A DNA stretch of 64,000 nt, from contig JAKMXF010000351.1 in NCBI GenBank assembly GCA_024704765.1, forward strand, positions 100,136 to 164,135, written 5' to 3'. This stretch comes from Oopsacas minuta (taxonomy: Eukaryota; Animalia; Porifera). The notes under the pieces were generated by a model. It was not told the origin of the DNA and searched no databases. It saw only the letters and a program-made list of their open reading frames with translations. Made by a program: the position numbers and the translations under genes. Positions 12,621-25,419 of this stretch are shown piece after piece (position 1 is the first letter of the stretch; each line of letters starts with the position of its first letter).

Positions 12621-13513
12621 CATGGGATGACAAATTGCTTTCGAGAGGTACCATAACTTAATTGTCACCCTGTACTACTATATCGATGCCATAGTTACAA
12701 GTTGTAGTCAAAATAGAATAAACGCAATCTGAACCCAGGAATATTAGATTGGAGACTGTTAGTAAGATTAAATAAAGATTTTCTCCTGTCAGAACCCAGA
12801 AATATAGTTTGGACTGCATCCACTATATTTATTACAACTTGGTTCCTGTGAGAACCAACGGGATTAGTTGGGAAGCTGCTAGTTAGGGAAATTTTTTTGA
12901 CACTTGACAGGTCCCAGGGATGTTAGCTTCGAGTAAATTAACTGATTGAATAGTACCTGTTTTCGTTAGTACCAACTAATCTTAGTGCTATAAGTGTTCC
13001 TTATTGAAACATAGAATTTGTCCATTAAATGTTGATCCAGGAGGAGTAGACTGATTCAGGAATATCCATGCCAAGTAAAATCATAATTTCAATCTAATAT
13101 ATTTCTTCTTTCTCTTTTTAAATGTTCGGGTGAAAATACAGGATACTCCTACTAAAAGGCCCCTCATAACACCTAAGAGACTATATAATATCGTGGTATT
13201 TCAATCAATATCCACAGCAATTGTTTTGGACTTCAGTCACTTGGATTGATGAATATATCAATCAAATACCAACAAGGTATACGAAACGTTTGAAAGAAGA
13301 GAGAGATGTATAATTTTTGTGTATGTCTAAGATACAGCAGTCCGGAATAGACAGAACCGATCGGGTTCAGGTCGGTCTTGTGAGGTTGTCAAGTGTGGTC
13401 TGGACGGTCCAAATTCACAAACTAACGGTCTGGACAGTTCCAGACGTCCAGAAAACTATAGGACGGCCCTTTCCGATCCATGAAATTGCAGGACACGCTG
13501 CACTATAGGTGCA

Positions 13514-13568
13514 TGTGTCTGTGTCTGTGTCTGTGTATGTGTATGTGTGTGTATGTGTAAGTGTGTGT
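13514..13568. repeat. Compound (GTGTCT)/(GT)n microsatellite
   Basis: Directly visible. Confidence 0.9.
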
Positions 13569-14559
13569 TTCTAAAATTTGTGTAACATAATATTTGAACA
13601 TTTTAGGGGATTTTCCCCTGCCAAAAAGATAATTCAAACATACGCAATATAATCAAATATTAGCTCTTACAAAACTAAGTGCAAATAAATGGGAACAAAC
13701 GTGAGAAAACATGTACTTATTGCTTAGTATTACGTATATATAAATCTGACGAATTTGGAAATACACAATATTTCATATTGAAATCAAAATATGAATTTTC
13801 GAGTCTAGTATATTGATCCCATGCCTGGAGGGTTTCGGAAGCAGTTTACTGCAAACATGTGCTGAAAACATGTTATAACTTGAGAGATATTTTATAATAT
13901 ATACCATATTTCCTTGAAAAGTAACCAGGTGAATATTAATTCCATTTGCCACATTCATTACCCATTTGATGTCGAAATAATTCATTTATAGAATTTTTCC
14001 CGAACGGGGACCCAGCGAATATCTGCAAGTGACCTCAATCCTTTTGCCACTGTGGAGAATATCGACATGATAATGAAGATCTTGGTGGGTTTGTCCAGAT
14101 CTGATCCATGTTGCAAATAGAATCTATAAATATAAGGTTGGGAGTGAAGACAAGCATTTTGAATATGCGATTTCGCGCTCATATAATGAATTGAGGAAAA
14201 CTCTAAAAATAATAAATAAATTGCATTTCAAAAATATTACCCCTTGTCGACGAAGAGTGACAATCAAATTCTTTAACATCTTCAATCGGTCGCGTTCACT
14301 CCCTAGTATATTGTATCACTTAATTCGTCTATACTATAACTTGACTTATTATCAACCCATAGAAGAACACCAGAGAAATACCTGTATATATTACAAGTTG
14401 AGAAATTTGCATTGTAATAATATAGTGTTAATTATAGATTGGTTGCAAAAGCTATGTTTGAATAGAAACCTCTGGTCTTCAATGAACTATCGAAGCTGAT
14501 AGTAATGTTGATTGCGTTGGTTCATGGGATGACTCACAGTCTACTCGTTGTTGTAGCTG

Positions 14560-15030
14560 TTTGACTGCATCAGACATAGCGGTTGAAATACAAAAGTGGT
14601 AACAACTTCTAGACGGTTTAAATGCCAAAGAGGGCATGCATTGAAGTAATGGAGGCACTCGACGACATACCAGTTTAGAGTACAGCAGTTATAGATCTCA
14701 TAGTAACTTCATTCATATCTCTTGGTGTAAAAGGCACATTGACACAGGTATTGTGGTTAGTATGACGAGAGAGGTTGAGGAAGGGAAGGTAGCATGTTCT
14801 TTATGACATCTATCGCATTTGACTCTGAAGAAATTCTGCCAGCTACGAGTCCGACTTTCTTCATATTGGGTAAGACTGCTAATACAGTCATTGTAACGGA
14901 ACGAAGAGAATACCTCGGCTAGGATGCCCACACCAATGACTCTCATGCCAGTTGGTATGTGTGCATCTCTCTCTGATTCTCCTTGAGCTGAACGTAGTAA
15001 CATAGGTTTAGAACGGGTCTTTGGTGGCAT
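14560..15030 (-). pseudogene. Degraded DNA-transposase N-terminus (Mutator-like/Kolobok-type)
   Basis: GMRVIGVGIL...FFRVKCDRCHKEHATFPSS then EVTMRSITAV..TGM resembles the remembered G-x-R-I-I...CxxC...F-x-S-S...N-x-R-x-V pattern. Family assignment uncertain. Confidence 0.35.
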
Positions 15031-16783
15031 CCTGAGTTTAGCAGTGTAGCATCTGAATGGGAGAATCTTTCTATTTCTTTAGGACGCTTCGGATAGAGTG
15101 CTGTTATCGAATCCTGTGCAGCTGTAGGGCTAGGTTTGCGATCCGTAACGTTTTACCTTGGAAAAATTGCTGCTTCTTTCGAGGAGAGGAGCTGGGACCT
15201 TTGGAAATATGAAGTCAGATTGTTCAGATGTTACTTCATGAGACAATCCAAGAGAGAAGAACGCTTGACAAATCCATGGAGAGGTTGGACTAACCGCTGT
15301 TTAGAGTGTTATAGGTTTTGGTAGAGGGGAACATCTAGGAGAAATTGTATCCAGGGGAGGCACAGGAGGTAAGAAAATACTAAACAAATCCTCTAAATCG
15401 CTCGAATCTGTCGAATCTGATATGGGTGTGTCCAGTGGCATCCTGCTGTGGGAGCGGATGGGAGCACCGCTCCCATACTTGTTTTAACTAATCAAATTGG
15501 CAAGTCAGAAATACTTCACATGTTACTGAATTTGTGTACCTAATATCTACAGTAGCATAAAATCAATATTTGAAATAAATTGAAATTTGTTCCAAATATA
15601 ATTAAGTCGAGTTGAGAGAGCAAATGTTTACTTTATAGCGTCGTGAATATATTGTACTTGTTTGAAGAACAATGGGAAGTTTTACCTCAACTACGTATTA
15701 TTTTATCCGAATCTAGCCGTTAATCGTAAACAAATATCTATTTCAACTGATTCTTTTAATTGAGTAATAATTAAGTTATAAGCAACGTGTTCTGGAATGT
15801 AGGATGTATAAAGTGATTAGTTATAATATCCTGAGCCCCATAAACAAGAAGAAATTTGGAAGTATTATTAGTTTAATAATTTTGGATACTCAATCACTTA
15901 TTAGAACTCTATTTTCAGATTTACTACTAAACCTTTGATATTATTCATACTTATCATATTAATTCAATTCAGCTATATTGTTTGAATTTTGATTAGAAAA
16001 TAGGATATATTCAATTGAATTTGAAATTTGAAATACCACTCCCATGCTTAAAATTAGAGCAGGACATCCTGGGTGTGTCACCAGCCTATCTGAAAATATG
16101 TTCTTCATAAGTTGAATCGCTTGAGTCATCTGAGACATTGCTAATTATCAAATAATTTACTGTACTGACAGGGAAAATTTATTAGGAACATAATCGGGAG
16201 AAAGTTCCAATAATTGTAATCACATACTTGCCACCTGTCTTGAATTTATCTGGACTTCCGGTCTTAGTCCAATGTCCCGCCAAAATTAGGAATTGTCCGA
16301 ATCTGTTGATCAGTCTAATGAAAACATACTACTTCCCGATAATTCCCTCTAAGGGGCAGTTCAACATCATTTTACGCAAAATTTGCTTTTTGACCGTTTT
16401 GTAATATAAAATGAATGGGGATGTTACACTCTGCTGTGGATACCACCCTCTCCTTAACAGAGTTACTTAAACGTTTGAACAAGTCCACATTCTTATAATC
16501 TTCTGTCCACTCTTCTCTTAGCTCATTTTACAAATAAGTAGTATGCGATAATTGGGTGTTCATTATTTAATTACTTAAGTTGTGCACATATTTCACTGCT
16601 AGTATTCTTTGCTGACTTAACTCTTGCCTAAAAATTTAAAAATTGAGCGTGTATATAAATCCGTAAATTTTTAGTTCTGAAAATAAGTATGAATATTTTG
16701 CGGAACCATTCCGCTAAATTCCGTAATAGGAAAACCCAGATTCCTTGAATGATTATGTTCCGTTCAGTAAACTACCTATATCT

Positions 16784-17792
16784 GAACAGAGAACTTTAGA
16801 CACTAAATCGGAAAAATTTGACAAAGTTGCGATCATTTTACTATATACGTCGAAGTCTATGGGAATATATTGCAATACTGAATGAAGCCAAATTATTTTC
16901 CATGTATTTACGATGCAAATGCATACCCCTCTCACACGTTCAACATTTCTATGAGTTTGTATTTTATGTTTCACAGAAATTAAATCTTATGGTTTACTGT
17001 TTGCATTATAAGAAATACTCGACCGAGTCCAGTAGTATTTGTTCGAAAATGAAGTGGGGGACGCTCCTAAACATATTAATAGGCCTGGGCATCCTGCATG
17101 GACTCCCAGTACACCCCTGATACTAAACTACGTCCATGACTAATCACTATATTTAAGGGAAGTACAACATTTCGCTCCAGAGCATATCTTAAGCACACTG
17201 TTCCCTCTAATTTTCTTGGGAAATATGATGGGGATACAGTCAAATTCCAGGGGTACAACCAAAAATCCGGTGATACAGACTAAAATATTATACATTTCAG
17301 GCAATTTTCCTGGTGATCAAACATATTCAAGCGAAAATTCCGGAATAGTAAGGTGTAAAAATGGGAACACTGCGGGTTACCTGTCAAGCTTTAACTGGTC
17401 TGCACGGACCAGTTATGGATGCTGCAACCGTAGGCGGAGTAATATTCCTATTACAATGTTGGTTATCATACACTAGTTTGTAATACTATTGGATAGTTGA
17501 GGTATTTAGAATATTAGTCTTCATACGTGTCCTAAAAGTGGCTCCATTAATCATAACTTAGTTTAGTTAGTTTCATGACCTCTCTTTGTAAAACAGTATA
17601 GGAAATAACATAAAATAAAAGCTCGTAGAAATACTGAACGTGTGTGCGTAGTAGGCATAAGCAAAGTGAATACAGCTAATTTGGCTTCATTCAGTTATTG
17701 CAATATATACCATAAACTTTGGCTTATATAGTAAAATGATTGCAACCTTGTCAAATTATGGCCGATTTTAGTGTACTAAAGTTCTTTGTTCA
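16784..17792. repeat. Pair of ~65-bp inverted copies (16784-16847 and 17725-17792)
   Basis: TATATAGTAAAATGAT(C/T)GCAAC(T/C)TTGTCAAATT...CTAAAGTTCT(C/T)TGTTCA appears on opposite strands. Confidence 0.6.
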
Positions 17793-18339
17793 TTATTCCA
17801 CGGCTCTATGACTTCAAAATAACCCCTAGCGTCGATTAAAAAGGAGTCACCTTCCGGTACAAGACACTAGTTATACTACCACATTTGATATTTAGCACTT
17901 AAATAGCCCCAAATAATTTATTTTCCCAATATTGGCAAATTTCTAGGAAAGCCTTTTGATTTTGACTTCCCAGACTAATTTCCACTGTTATTCTGTGCGC
18001 AAATATATCCCTCCAAAAATGTTATTGAAAAGGTTGACCTACATACTCCATCAGATTTGGACGTACAGGTACAAACTTTGGTTCTATCGAGAGCACTGAT
18101 TATTCGCCTCAACTCGTAAAACGAATTAGCAAGGCAATCGCTTATGAATGCCTTATTATATTTTCGGCATAAGCCTTACTCTTCCACATTTCATAATAGG
18201 CATATTGTTAATAATTCCTATCCCATAATCCGTGTGAGTCCGATTTTTGACAGTTGATATAGGCAGCAATTATCTCTTCTTTTGCATTAGATCTAATTTA
18301 TAATTTTCCGCAACGAATTTTTCTAAGTCTTTTGATGAT

Positions 18340-19680
18340 ATGAGCATTACATCTCAGTTTTTATTTACTGATGAACCAGCACCATATGGTACCCGATTCC
18401 GTTATGTGAGTGAGGGAACCTGCCATGGTCCCATTCTTGGACAATCATCAATTCAAGGGAATAGAACTCATCCGAATGTAACTTGTATCGGGAATTTTCA
18501 GGATGGCCTAAAGGCAATTTTGCTAGTTTCACTTGTATCAGATGTTTCAAGAGATCCCTTAACATATGGCATGCACGGACATACATTTTTTGGAAAAAAT
18601 GTGTATAATGGCCAATATATTGCACAGCTTACTGCATCTGATTCAAAATTTAATCACCAACTACAAGGTGTTACTGTCATACACACTAAAAGTTCTGACA
18701 AGAATAGCATACTATCAGGGAAGTATATCCAAGACATTATTCTTAGTCGACGAGGTATCTGTGACTACTCTAGATTAATGAAACTTCACAATAGTACTTG
18801 TACAACCATGCAGCTAAATTTACAATGGTTACAGACGGAATACCCAGAATTTGTATCGGATTCAAAAATTGCAGCTTCAAATGTTCAATATCTTGCCAAC
18901 CAGGTCCGACTAAAATTTGATTTGTTTATTCAGGATGAATACACTGGCTTGTATACTAATCCCCCTAAAACAATTTTATCGCAAGTTGTCCACAATACTA
19001 GGGACAAAGAACATAAACCATTACATATTCAGAGGTCTAGCCGTAGTTCAGGTTCTACGATGGGTGGAGAAGAGATATTTCTATTTTGTGATGAATTTAT
19101 TCCAAGAGACTTAGAAGTAGTCTTTTATAGTGAAGAATATCCTGGTCAAATTATTGGATATGGGAAATTTTCTCCTGCTGATATTCATAATAAATGTGGA
19201 ATTGTTTTTAAAACTCCCCCTTTGTTACATTCTATCAATATTCCATTGCGTACGAATTTTTGTTTGAAACGTGGGGAAATGTCAAGTAATTGTTTTAATT
19301 TTCTTTTTAATCCGTTAATCCAACATAATGTTCCATTTCAAGATTTTGGATCTTTATATTCTGAACCAATTTTTTCCCCATTGAAAACTCTACCATGGAA
19401 ATCTGACTCTCCTGGTAAAATTCATCCGCAAGAAATGCCGATGGAGAGTTTCCCATCTGCTCAATTAATCAATACACACGAGTATCAAAATTACGATCAT
19501 TATTCTCAAGATATTAATCCTAACAATAGTAGCCATTATTCCCCGTTCTTGTCCAAAATAAGTCAAGTATCTGGCTTGGAAAATCAGTCTAATCCTTTCA
19601 TTTCAAATTTCGAAAATCTGCCAGTATCTAATAATCTACAGCTTTATCCCGATCCTAACTTGTATAATAATCCCCTTTGA
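18340..19680 (+). CDS. NF-kB/Rel-homology-domain transcription factor (RHD + IPT), single exon, no ankyrin repeats
   Basis: 446-aa open ORF. Recognition loop EPAPYGTRFRYVSEGTCHG. IPT motifs GGEEIFLFCD and FSPADIHNKCGIVFKTPP. S/N/P/Q-rich tail. Confidence 0.92.
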   Translation: MSITSQFLFTDEPAPYGTRFRYVSEGTCHGPILGQSSIQGNRTHPNVTCIGNFQDGLKAILLVSLVSDVSRDPLTYGMHGHTFFGKNVYNGQYIAQLTASDSKFNHQLQGVTVIHTKSSDKNSILSGKYIQDIILSRRGICDYSRLMKLHNSTCTTMQLNLQWLQTEYPEFVSDSKIAASNVQYLANQVRLKFDLFIQDEYTGLYTNPPKTILSQVVHNTRDKEHKPLHIQRSSRSSGSTMGGEEIFLFCDEFIPRDLEVVFYSEEYPGQIIGYGKFSPADIHNKCGIVFKTPPLLHSINIPLRTNFCLKRGEMSSNCFNFLFNPLIQHNVPFQDFGSLYSEPIFSPLKTLPWKSDSPGKIHPQEMPMESFPSAQLINTHEYQNYDHYSQDINPNNSSHYSPFLSKISQVSGLENQSNPFISNFENLPVSNNLQLYPDPNLYNNPL

Positions 19681-21675
19681 AATTATTTATTCCATGCAGT
19701 TACATTGAATTAATTTACCATTGCAAGGGTATTCTATCTTGTTATAATACGATATTTACTGATTTTTCCATTTACATATTCTCAAGCGAATCAAGCTTTA
19801 CGTTGAAGATGATGTTTAGAATTCTACATATTATTATAGGAAGCCTGTAAGAATGTGGATTTTATGTTGTTTGTTTGTCATATTTGACAATTTTTTTACT
19901 TTTCATTTATTCAGTATTTTGCTTCAATCAATTTATATACAACTATCGCCCTTCGCTTGATAGGTCTTTGCGCGAGATGCAGTCATATACTCAGCACTTC
20001 ATTCTTCAAGAGTTAGTCTAAGTCGTGACCTACGTCAGATAGGGCCCAGGCATTATATCAACAATTGTAACCAGGGTAATGCAGGGCCGGACTAAGGTAG
20101 TTTTGGGGCCCTATGCTAATTTCTGATGGGCGCAATTCACAAAATTATTCATAAATAATCGGAAGTATGGAAACCGTTTAATTTGCAGGTGGTCGATCTT
20201 TAATCTTTACTACTACATAGTTGTAAACTTTAGCAAATATTTATCAGTGAGATTTCCTTAGGAACAGTTGGATTTCTGAAGTTTTTGATATGAAATGGAT
20301 GGCTGATAGGAATTTTACCCCTCATAATAGCGTATTAGTTTATTTGGTTATGGACCACTCTTATAACTACGAATTCTCCAAAACAATCTAAAGTGAGATC
20401 AATATGAAAGCGAAATTGTGCGCAAATCCGTGAGACTTGGCAACTATGCCACTATCATAATTATTTTTACCATTGTATGTATTATTGTATTCAACAAACA
20501 GTCCACTCTTATAATTGGTTCATGTTTTGAATTAAATATCTATTAGAACTTAGCATATGGCTTCCCACAGAGATAAAAAGAGATAATATTCTAATATTAG
20601 ACATATACCACTTTCTTTGCACCTCTTTCAAGGATATTAGATTAGATACTTATACAACCTGTGTATGTTCAACTAATATAGTATTAAATAAATCACTGCA
20701 CAAGGTCTTGCTTATAGGAGGTAACAAGTTATTGAATTTTCAAATGCCAAACATTAAATAACCTCATGCCAGATCCTACGGAAAAATAATTATTCGCTCG
20801 ATTATGTAAATTTTAGTGAAGGATTTAGATCATACTCTAGTAATTATCTTCAAAGTTTTTCAAACAAAATCCAGCATTTAGCAAGTAAGGTTCATGCACT
20901 TCCAAACATCTTTATATGAACATTGAGGTATATCTTTGGGAAAATGCTATTTTTCCTCAAGGCGACTATAACAAATGTCATATAGTGAGACTATTTTGGT
21001 TGGAGATAAAATATTCCAAATGGATGTATACTCAATTAAATGTGCACGATTATAGCATCAAACTAAGGTTCTGTATTTGAATGGAAATATACCAAGAATT
21101 CATCTTATTGATCTTTAGTAATCCGTAAAAATAATAGAACCAATAGAGGAATGGTAAAACTGACATTTTCGAATTTACAGTCATATTAAAAACAAGTACA
21201 TCTAGTGAACATGGGCACATTAGAGGGTGTACTTTGAGGAGACCAGGATAACAATTATCACATACTTTCCAATCATCCAAGTGAACCCTGGATAATCTCG
21301 GGGATTTGACTTATGATCCAGGAGAAAAATTTGTAAATCCAGTGAATATATTGATTATTTATGGGATTTTTTTCTCATCGAGTGGTATTTTTGTACAATA
21401 TATTTAAGTTCAGATTGATTATGTTGACATGTTCCTGAGTTTTGAGTGGACCAAATATAGCACATTTACATCCGCCAATAAACTTTCAACCTCTCATGAT
21501 ATGGCCAAATTACTTAGCCAATATGCTGTACATACCGGACTTACCGAACCCTTACATCCACTCAGAGATGTAGCGGTCCAGTCCATCCGCTTTTCCTCAA
21601 GTGCGGTCTGGACCAGTAACGAGTTCAATTCATGAATGGAATTGAGATTTTTGTTTCAAGTTCCATTTCCATTCA

Positions 21676-21897
21676 GAATGGGAATGGGAATTAAAGTGCT
21701 GAGAATGGGAAATAATTCTCATCCCAAGGAATGGGAATAGGAATTAAGTCATTAATTCCCAGTAGTAAAGGACTGCAAATGGGATTAATTCCAATTCTAA
21801 AGGATTTTGATGGGACTTAATTGAATAATTAAGAGAATCAAAGGGCTGTAAACGAGAATTGAGCACTTTTGAAGAATAGAAAATGGGAATTTAGGCC
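21676..21897 (+). repeat. GAATGGGAAT-rich dispersed repeat, copy 1
   Basis: Modules GAGAATGGGAAT / GGAATGGGAATAGGAATTAAG / TAAAGGG(A)CTG shared with 23990-24165. Confidence 0.6.
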
Positions 21898-23989
21898 ATA
21901 TAAAATAATATACTTGTTTATCATCCCCGCCTGCCCCATTTAATCTCCCTCCTCAGCAATTTTTTTAATTTTACTAAATATCTTTATTTAATACTTGTAT
22001 TCGCAGATGAACGTCTTCGAAACGAGCTATTATTTAACACAGCGCCCTTCGCTTGCTAGGTCGCTGAGCAGTGTGGCTAATTATGTGATTTTTCGAAAAT
22101 CCAAAAAGGTGGCAATGACATCATAATTTCGTCAGATGTGAATTTCGTCCAAGACTCAAACCTGTCCGAGTCAGGCCCTAATACCCCTCCCTGTATGGCA
22201 AAAATCAGCCATGGGGTGTGCACTAAATTTTTATTGGTATTCTTTAAATTGTACTATAATTCAGATTATAGAGAGGAAGTGAATATTAGTTTTCCCATAT
22301 ACTGTGTAAGCTTAATATGAACACCAACGGACCGTACGGTTAAAATGTATTCGCCTTTCCGGAGTTTATAAACCGTGTAATATCCATTGAAGTACGGTTG
22401 TAGGGACCTGATTATGTACGAATATTGTTCGTCTTATCAGAAATTCGTGTTAACGAGATAGTTTAAATAAATTAGTAAAATTACGCTTAGCAAAAATAAA
22501 AACAAAGCCGCGCCCCGCCCTATTTCGCAGAAAAAAATGGATGAGAAACAAGTAATTTATTTTACATGGCCTTATCCCTAAATTTTTGGAGTTCATGGGC
22601 TGTAATGATAATGAATTCCCAATGTGTTATATAACCAGGGGTGAATCTAGCCATATATTTGGGGGAGTGCAAGTTTGGGATGGTTATAGTAGTGATTAAG
22701 TATCTAAGAGGCTAAGGCGATAAGATATCGTTCAAGTCCCTAATATCCTCAAGGTTCACGAGAGACTCTAATTTTACATAAAAATCTACATGGCGAAAGG
22801 CAATCCAATGCTAGAAATCTTACTAATTCATTACAAACTGATACAAATCTTTTGCCACACTTTAATTACACTATACAGACAGTTCAATGATGCCAAAATA
22901 TATCTGATAAACTACAATATCGAGGTGAACTTTAGAATTAACGTATATCCTGTAGCCAAATAATACTCATAATCTGATGGACAGAGAACTAATTACCAAT
23001 TATATATGCTACACTTCGCTTGATAGGATTCTGCGCCACAGCTTTGTACCTCAGGTTTAACTTAGTATGAAACAACTAAATATATTAGTAATTTTAGTTG
23101 CTACGCGACAGGATATACTGAAGCACTTCACTAAGTACGTCAAATTCGCAAAATGATCCAAAAATTCAATCATGAGTTAGCATTTCGCAAAAATCATGAA
23201 GTTAGGACATTGACATATTGATATTGAGGTATATCTGGCCAACCTATCTCATGTACATTAGAATTCAGGGTTGTCGTGAGAATGGGAATCAATATCCCAG
23301 GGCAACTGAGAATTAAATACTGACAATGTTAATTTACAATTATACTAATCGTTTAACCGCAATCATTCATGCATCGTTATCGCTAGTCATTCACTAATCA
23401 TTTGATTGGAATTTCTTACAATAAATACTATCTTTATTTACAAAGTCTTTGACAAATGTACCAACCATTCATTCTAATAGAGAAATTTTCAGTGAAAAAG
23501 AACACGGATTATCGATGCTCTACTGGATTTATTTATACATACCGTAGTAATTAATAAGGATCCTGTTCGCTGAATTTTTAGTTTTATAAGTTTGTGCTTT
23601 TCTGAGTACGTACAGTCAATACTCTCGTTATATCAAACACCTATACACCCGCCAATATCGAAGTCTGAAAATATGCAAATATTTACCAGGCCGTCAAAGT
23701 AACATAAATTTCATCCGCTATATCGAACTGTTAAAATCGAAATAATTATCGCGGACCCATGAGCTGCAATATCACTGGAGTTGATGGAAGATGTTTGTTA
23801 AATATTGTTTGTTCATTACGAATTAACAGAGTGATAATATATCACAGTCTATTTTTATTAGCTCTACAAAGATAAAACGTTGGTTAAACTGGAAAAAGTT
23901 AGAATAGTATTTTATACAGATGAAATCATATTGGTAAAAAGATGCGGCAAACTCACTTGTAGTACTGCCTAAGAATTAATCCCTATCTA

Positions 23990-24165
23990 GAATGGGAATG
24001 AGAATTTATCCTTTAATTCCTGGAATTAATGGTCTGAGAATGGGGATTAATGTCATTTCAAGGAATGGGAATGAAAATTAAGTCTTTATTTCCCGAAAGT
24101 AAAGGGCTGAAAATGGGAATAGGAATTAAGCCCTTGATTCCTGGAATTAAAGGAGTGAGAATGGG
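23990..24165 (+). repeat. GAATGGGAAT-rich dispersed repeat, copy 2
   Basis: Same modules as 21676-21897. Confidence 0.6.
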
Positions 24166-24401
24166 CCAGAAATGATTGGCAAATGACTATTCCATCTAGT
24201 ATATATATTAAATTATTAATAAATAAATTAACTATAAGATAGTGTAACCCTGACAACTAAATTTAAGATCCTCAAAATTCCCCAAAGCGAACCGTAATGA
24301 ATCTTGTGTATGTTGAATAATGCTATCATGAAGAGCTTTAACAGAGATTTCCTCTTCCTTAGATTCAAGATTTAAACGCTGTGATGTTTGACCAGTTGTA
24401 T

Positions 24402-24713
24402 TCAAATATAATTTGCCGGATTGGAAAATATCAGCACTACTTTCGGACGATAAATTGGTCTAATGCGTGATATTTCGGAGTAGCTACCATCAGCTTGGAG
24501 TGCCTGTCCAACGCGGATAAGATCTTCCTCCCGAAAATGGTGTATGCAAATGACTATTTCGTCCTCTGGAAAGTTTTCGGCAAGATCAGCATGAAGAGCT
24601 CTAATCCACTTCTCCTTCAAGTATTTCGATCCTTTCGGTAAACTGAAAACAGTGCCAGTGAGGTGACCTCTGTAATCGGTTTTGCACCTAAATACAGAAC
24701 ATGTATTTGGCAT
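24402..24713 (-). pseudogene. THAP domain fragment (P-element/THAP9-type N-terminus)
   Basis: MPNTCSVFRC...FSLPK...EKWIRAL...ICIHHF is a C2CH THAP signature with conserved P, W and F. No catalytic domain follows. Confidence 0.75.
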
Positions 24714-25419
24714 TAAGATGTGTCTAATATATGTGAGAATAAAAGAAAAAGGTAAAATAAAGAAGGAGGAAATGTATAAAGACAAAAATCAGGGCATTTC
24801 GATCACCAGAAGTTCTCGGTAAATTATGGCACAGAATATTCAAAAATAGTACTAGCTAGTATTCATTGAATAAAATATATTAATGATATAATCTTATTGT
24901 GGTTTATTGTTACGAGTTTTAATAATACTTTATTTAAATGACTTATATCTCAAGCCTGGTCCAATTTCAAAGTCGATTCCCAATTACAATTGGTAAATTT
25001 ATCGGTTAAAGTTCATAACTAATACTAAATAGCAAAAACATGAATGCACCTGTAGTTCATTCATGGTCCAGTTTTATATTACTGTTTCCAGGCTTTATTA
25101 CTTAGTTCACTGGTTATGCTATCTGTCAGGACCGTCCATCGTTTTGGGGCCTTATTCACTCAACTATTAACTTAACTTAAAATAAGTACGAACTTGAATT
25201 AGCTGATTTGCCTTAGAGCTGTTCCTCTTCCTGGTACTTGAGTTAGTTCCTCCAAAGCTCCCACTTCTGACTTCAAATAATTTCTTACATACCAATATCG
25301 CAGCATGTCTATCAACTCATCTTGTAGCCCCAATATTTTACAGTCGCTGGCGTTTCGATTTGGGGAGTAATACTTGAATTGCCTTGACTAATCTCTCCTC
25401 GCGCGAACAGGATATTAAT

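Noticed and set aside
12720-12930. Faint ~60-bp periodicity
   Set aside because: Too degenerate to define a unit by eye.
13606-13618. kB-like site GGGGATTTTCCCC 4.7 kb upstream of the NF-kB-like gene
   Set aside because: A single site in repeat-like sequence next to a microsatellite. Nothing supports autoregulation.
13773-14182. Possible Crypton/tyrosine-recombinase relic (GSPFGKNSI)
   Set aside because: One weak motif only; no R-H-R-Y tetrad could be traced.
22004-22030. Hammerhead-ribozyme-like CAGATGA...GAAA
   Set aside because: The core is mismatched (CAG, not CTG), stem II does not pair, and no stems I/III were found.
20082-25150. Orphan hAT-like termini (CAGGGCCGGACTAAGG at 20082, CAGGGG at ~22636, CAGGACCG at ~25123)
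   Set aside because: No matching opposite end or 8-bp TSD could be paired.
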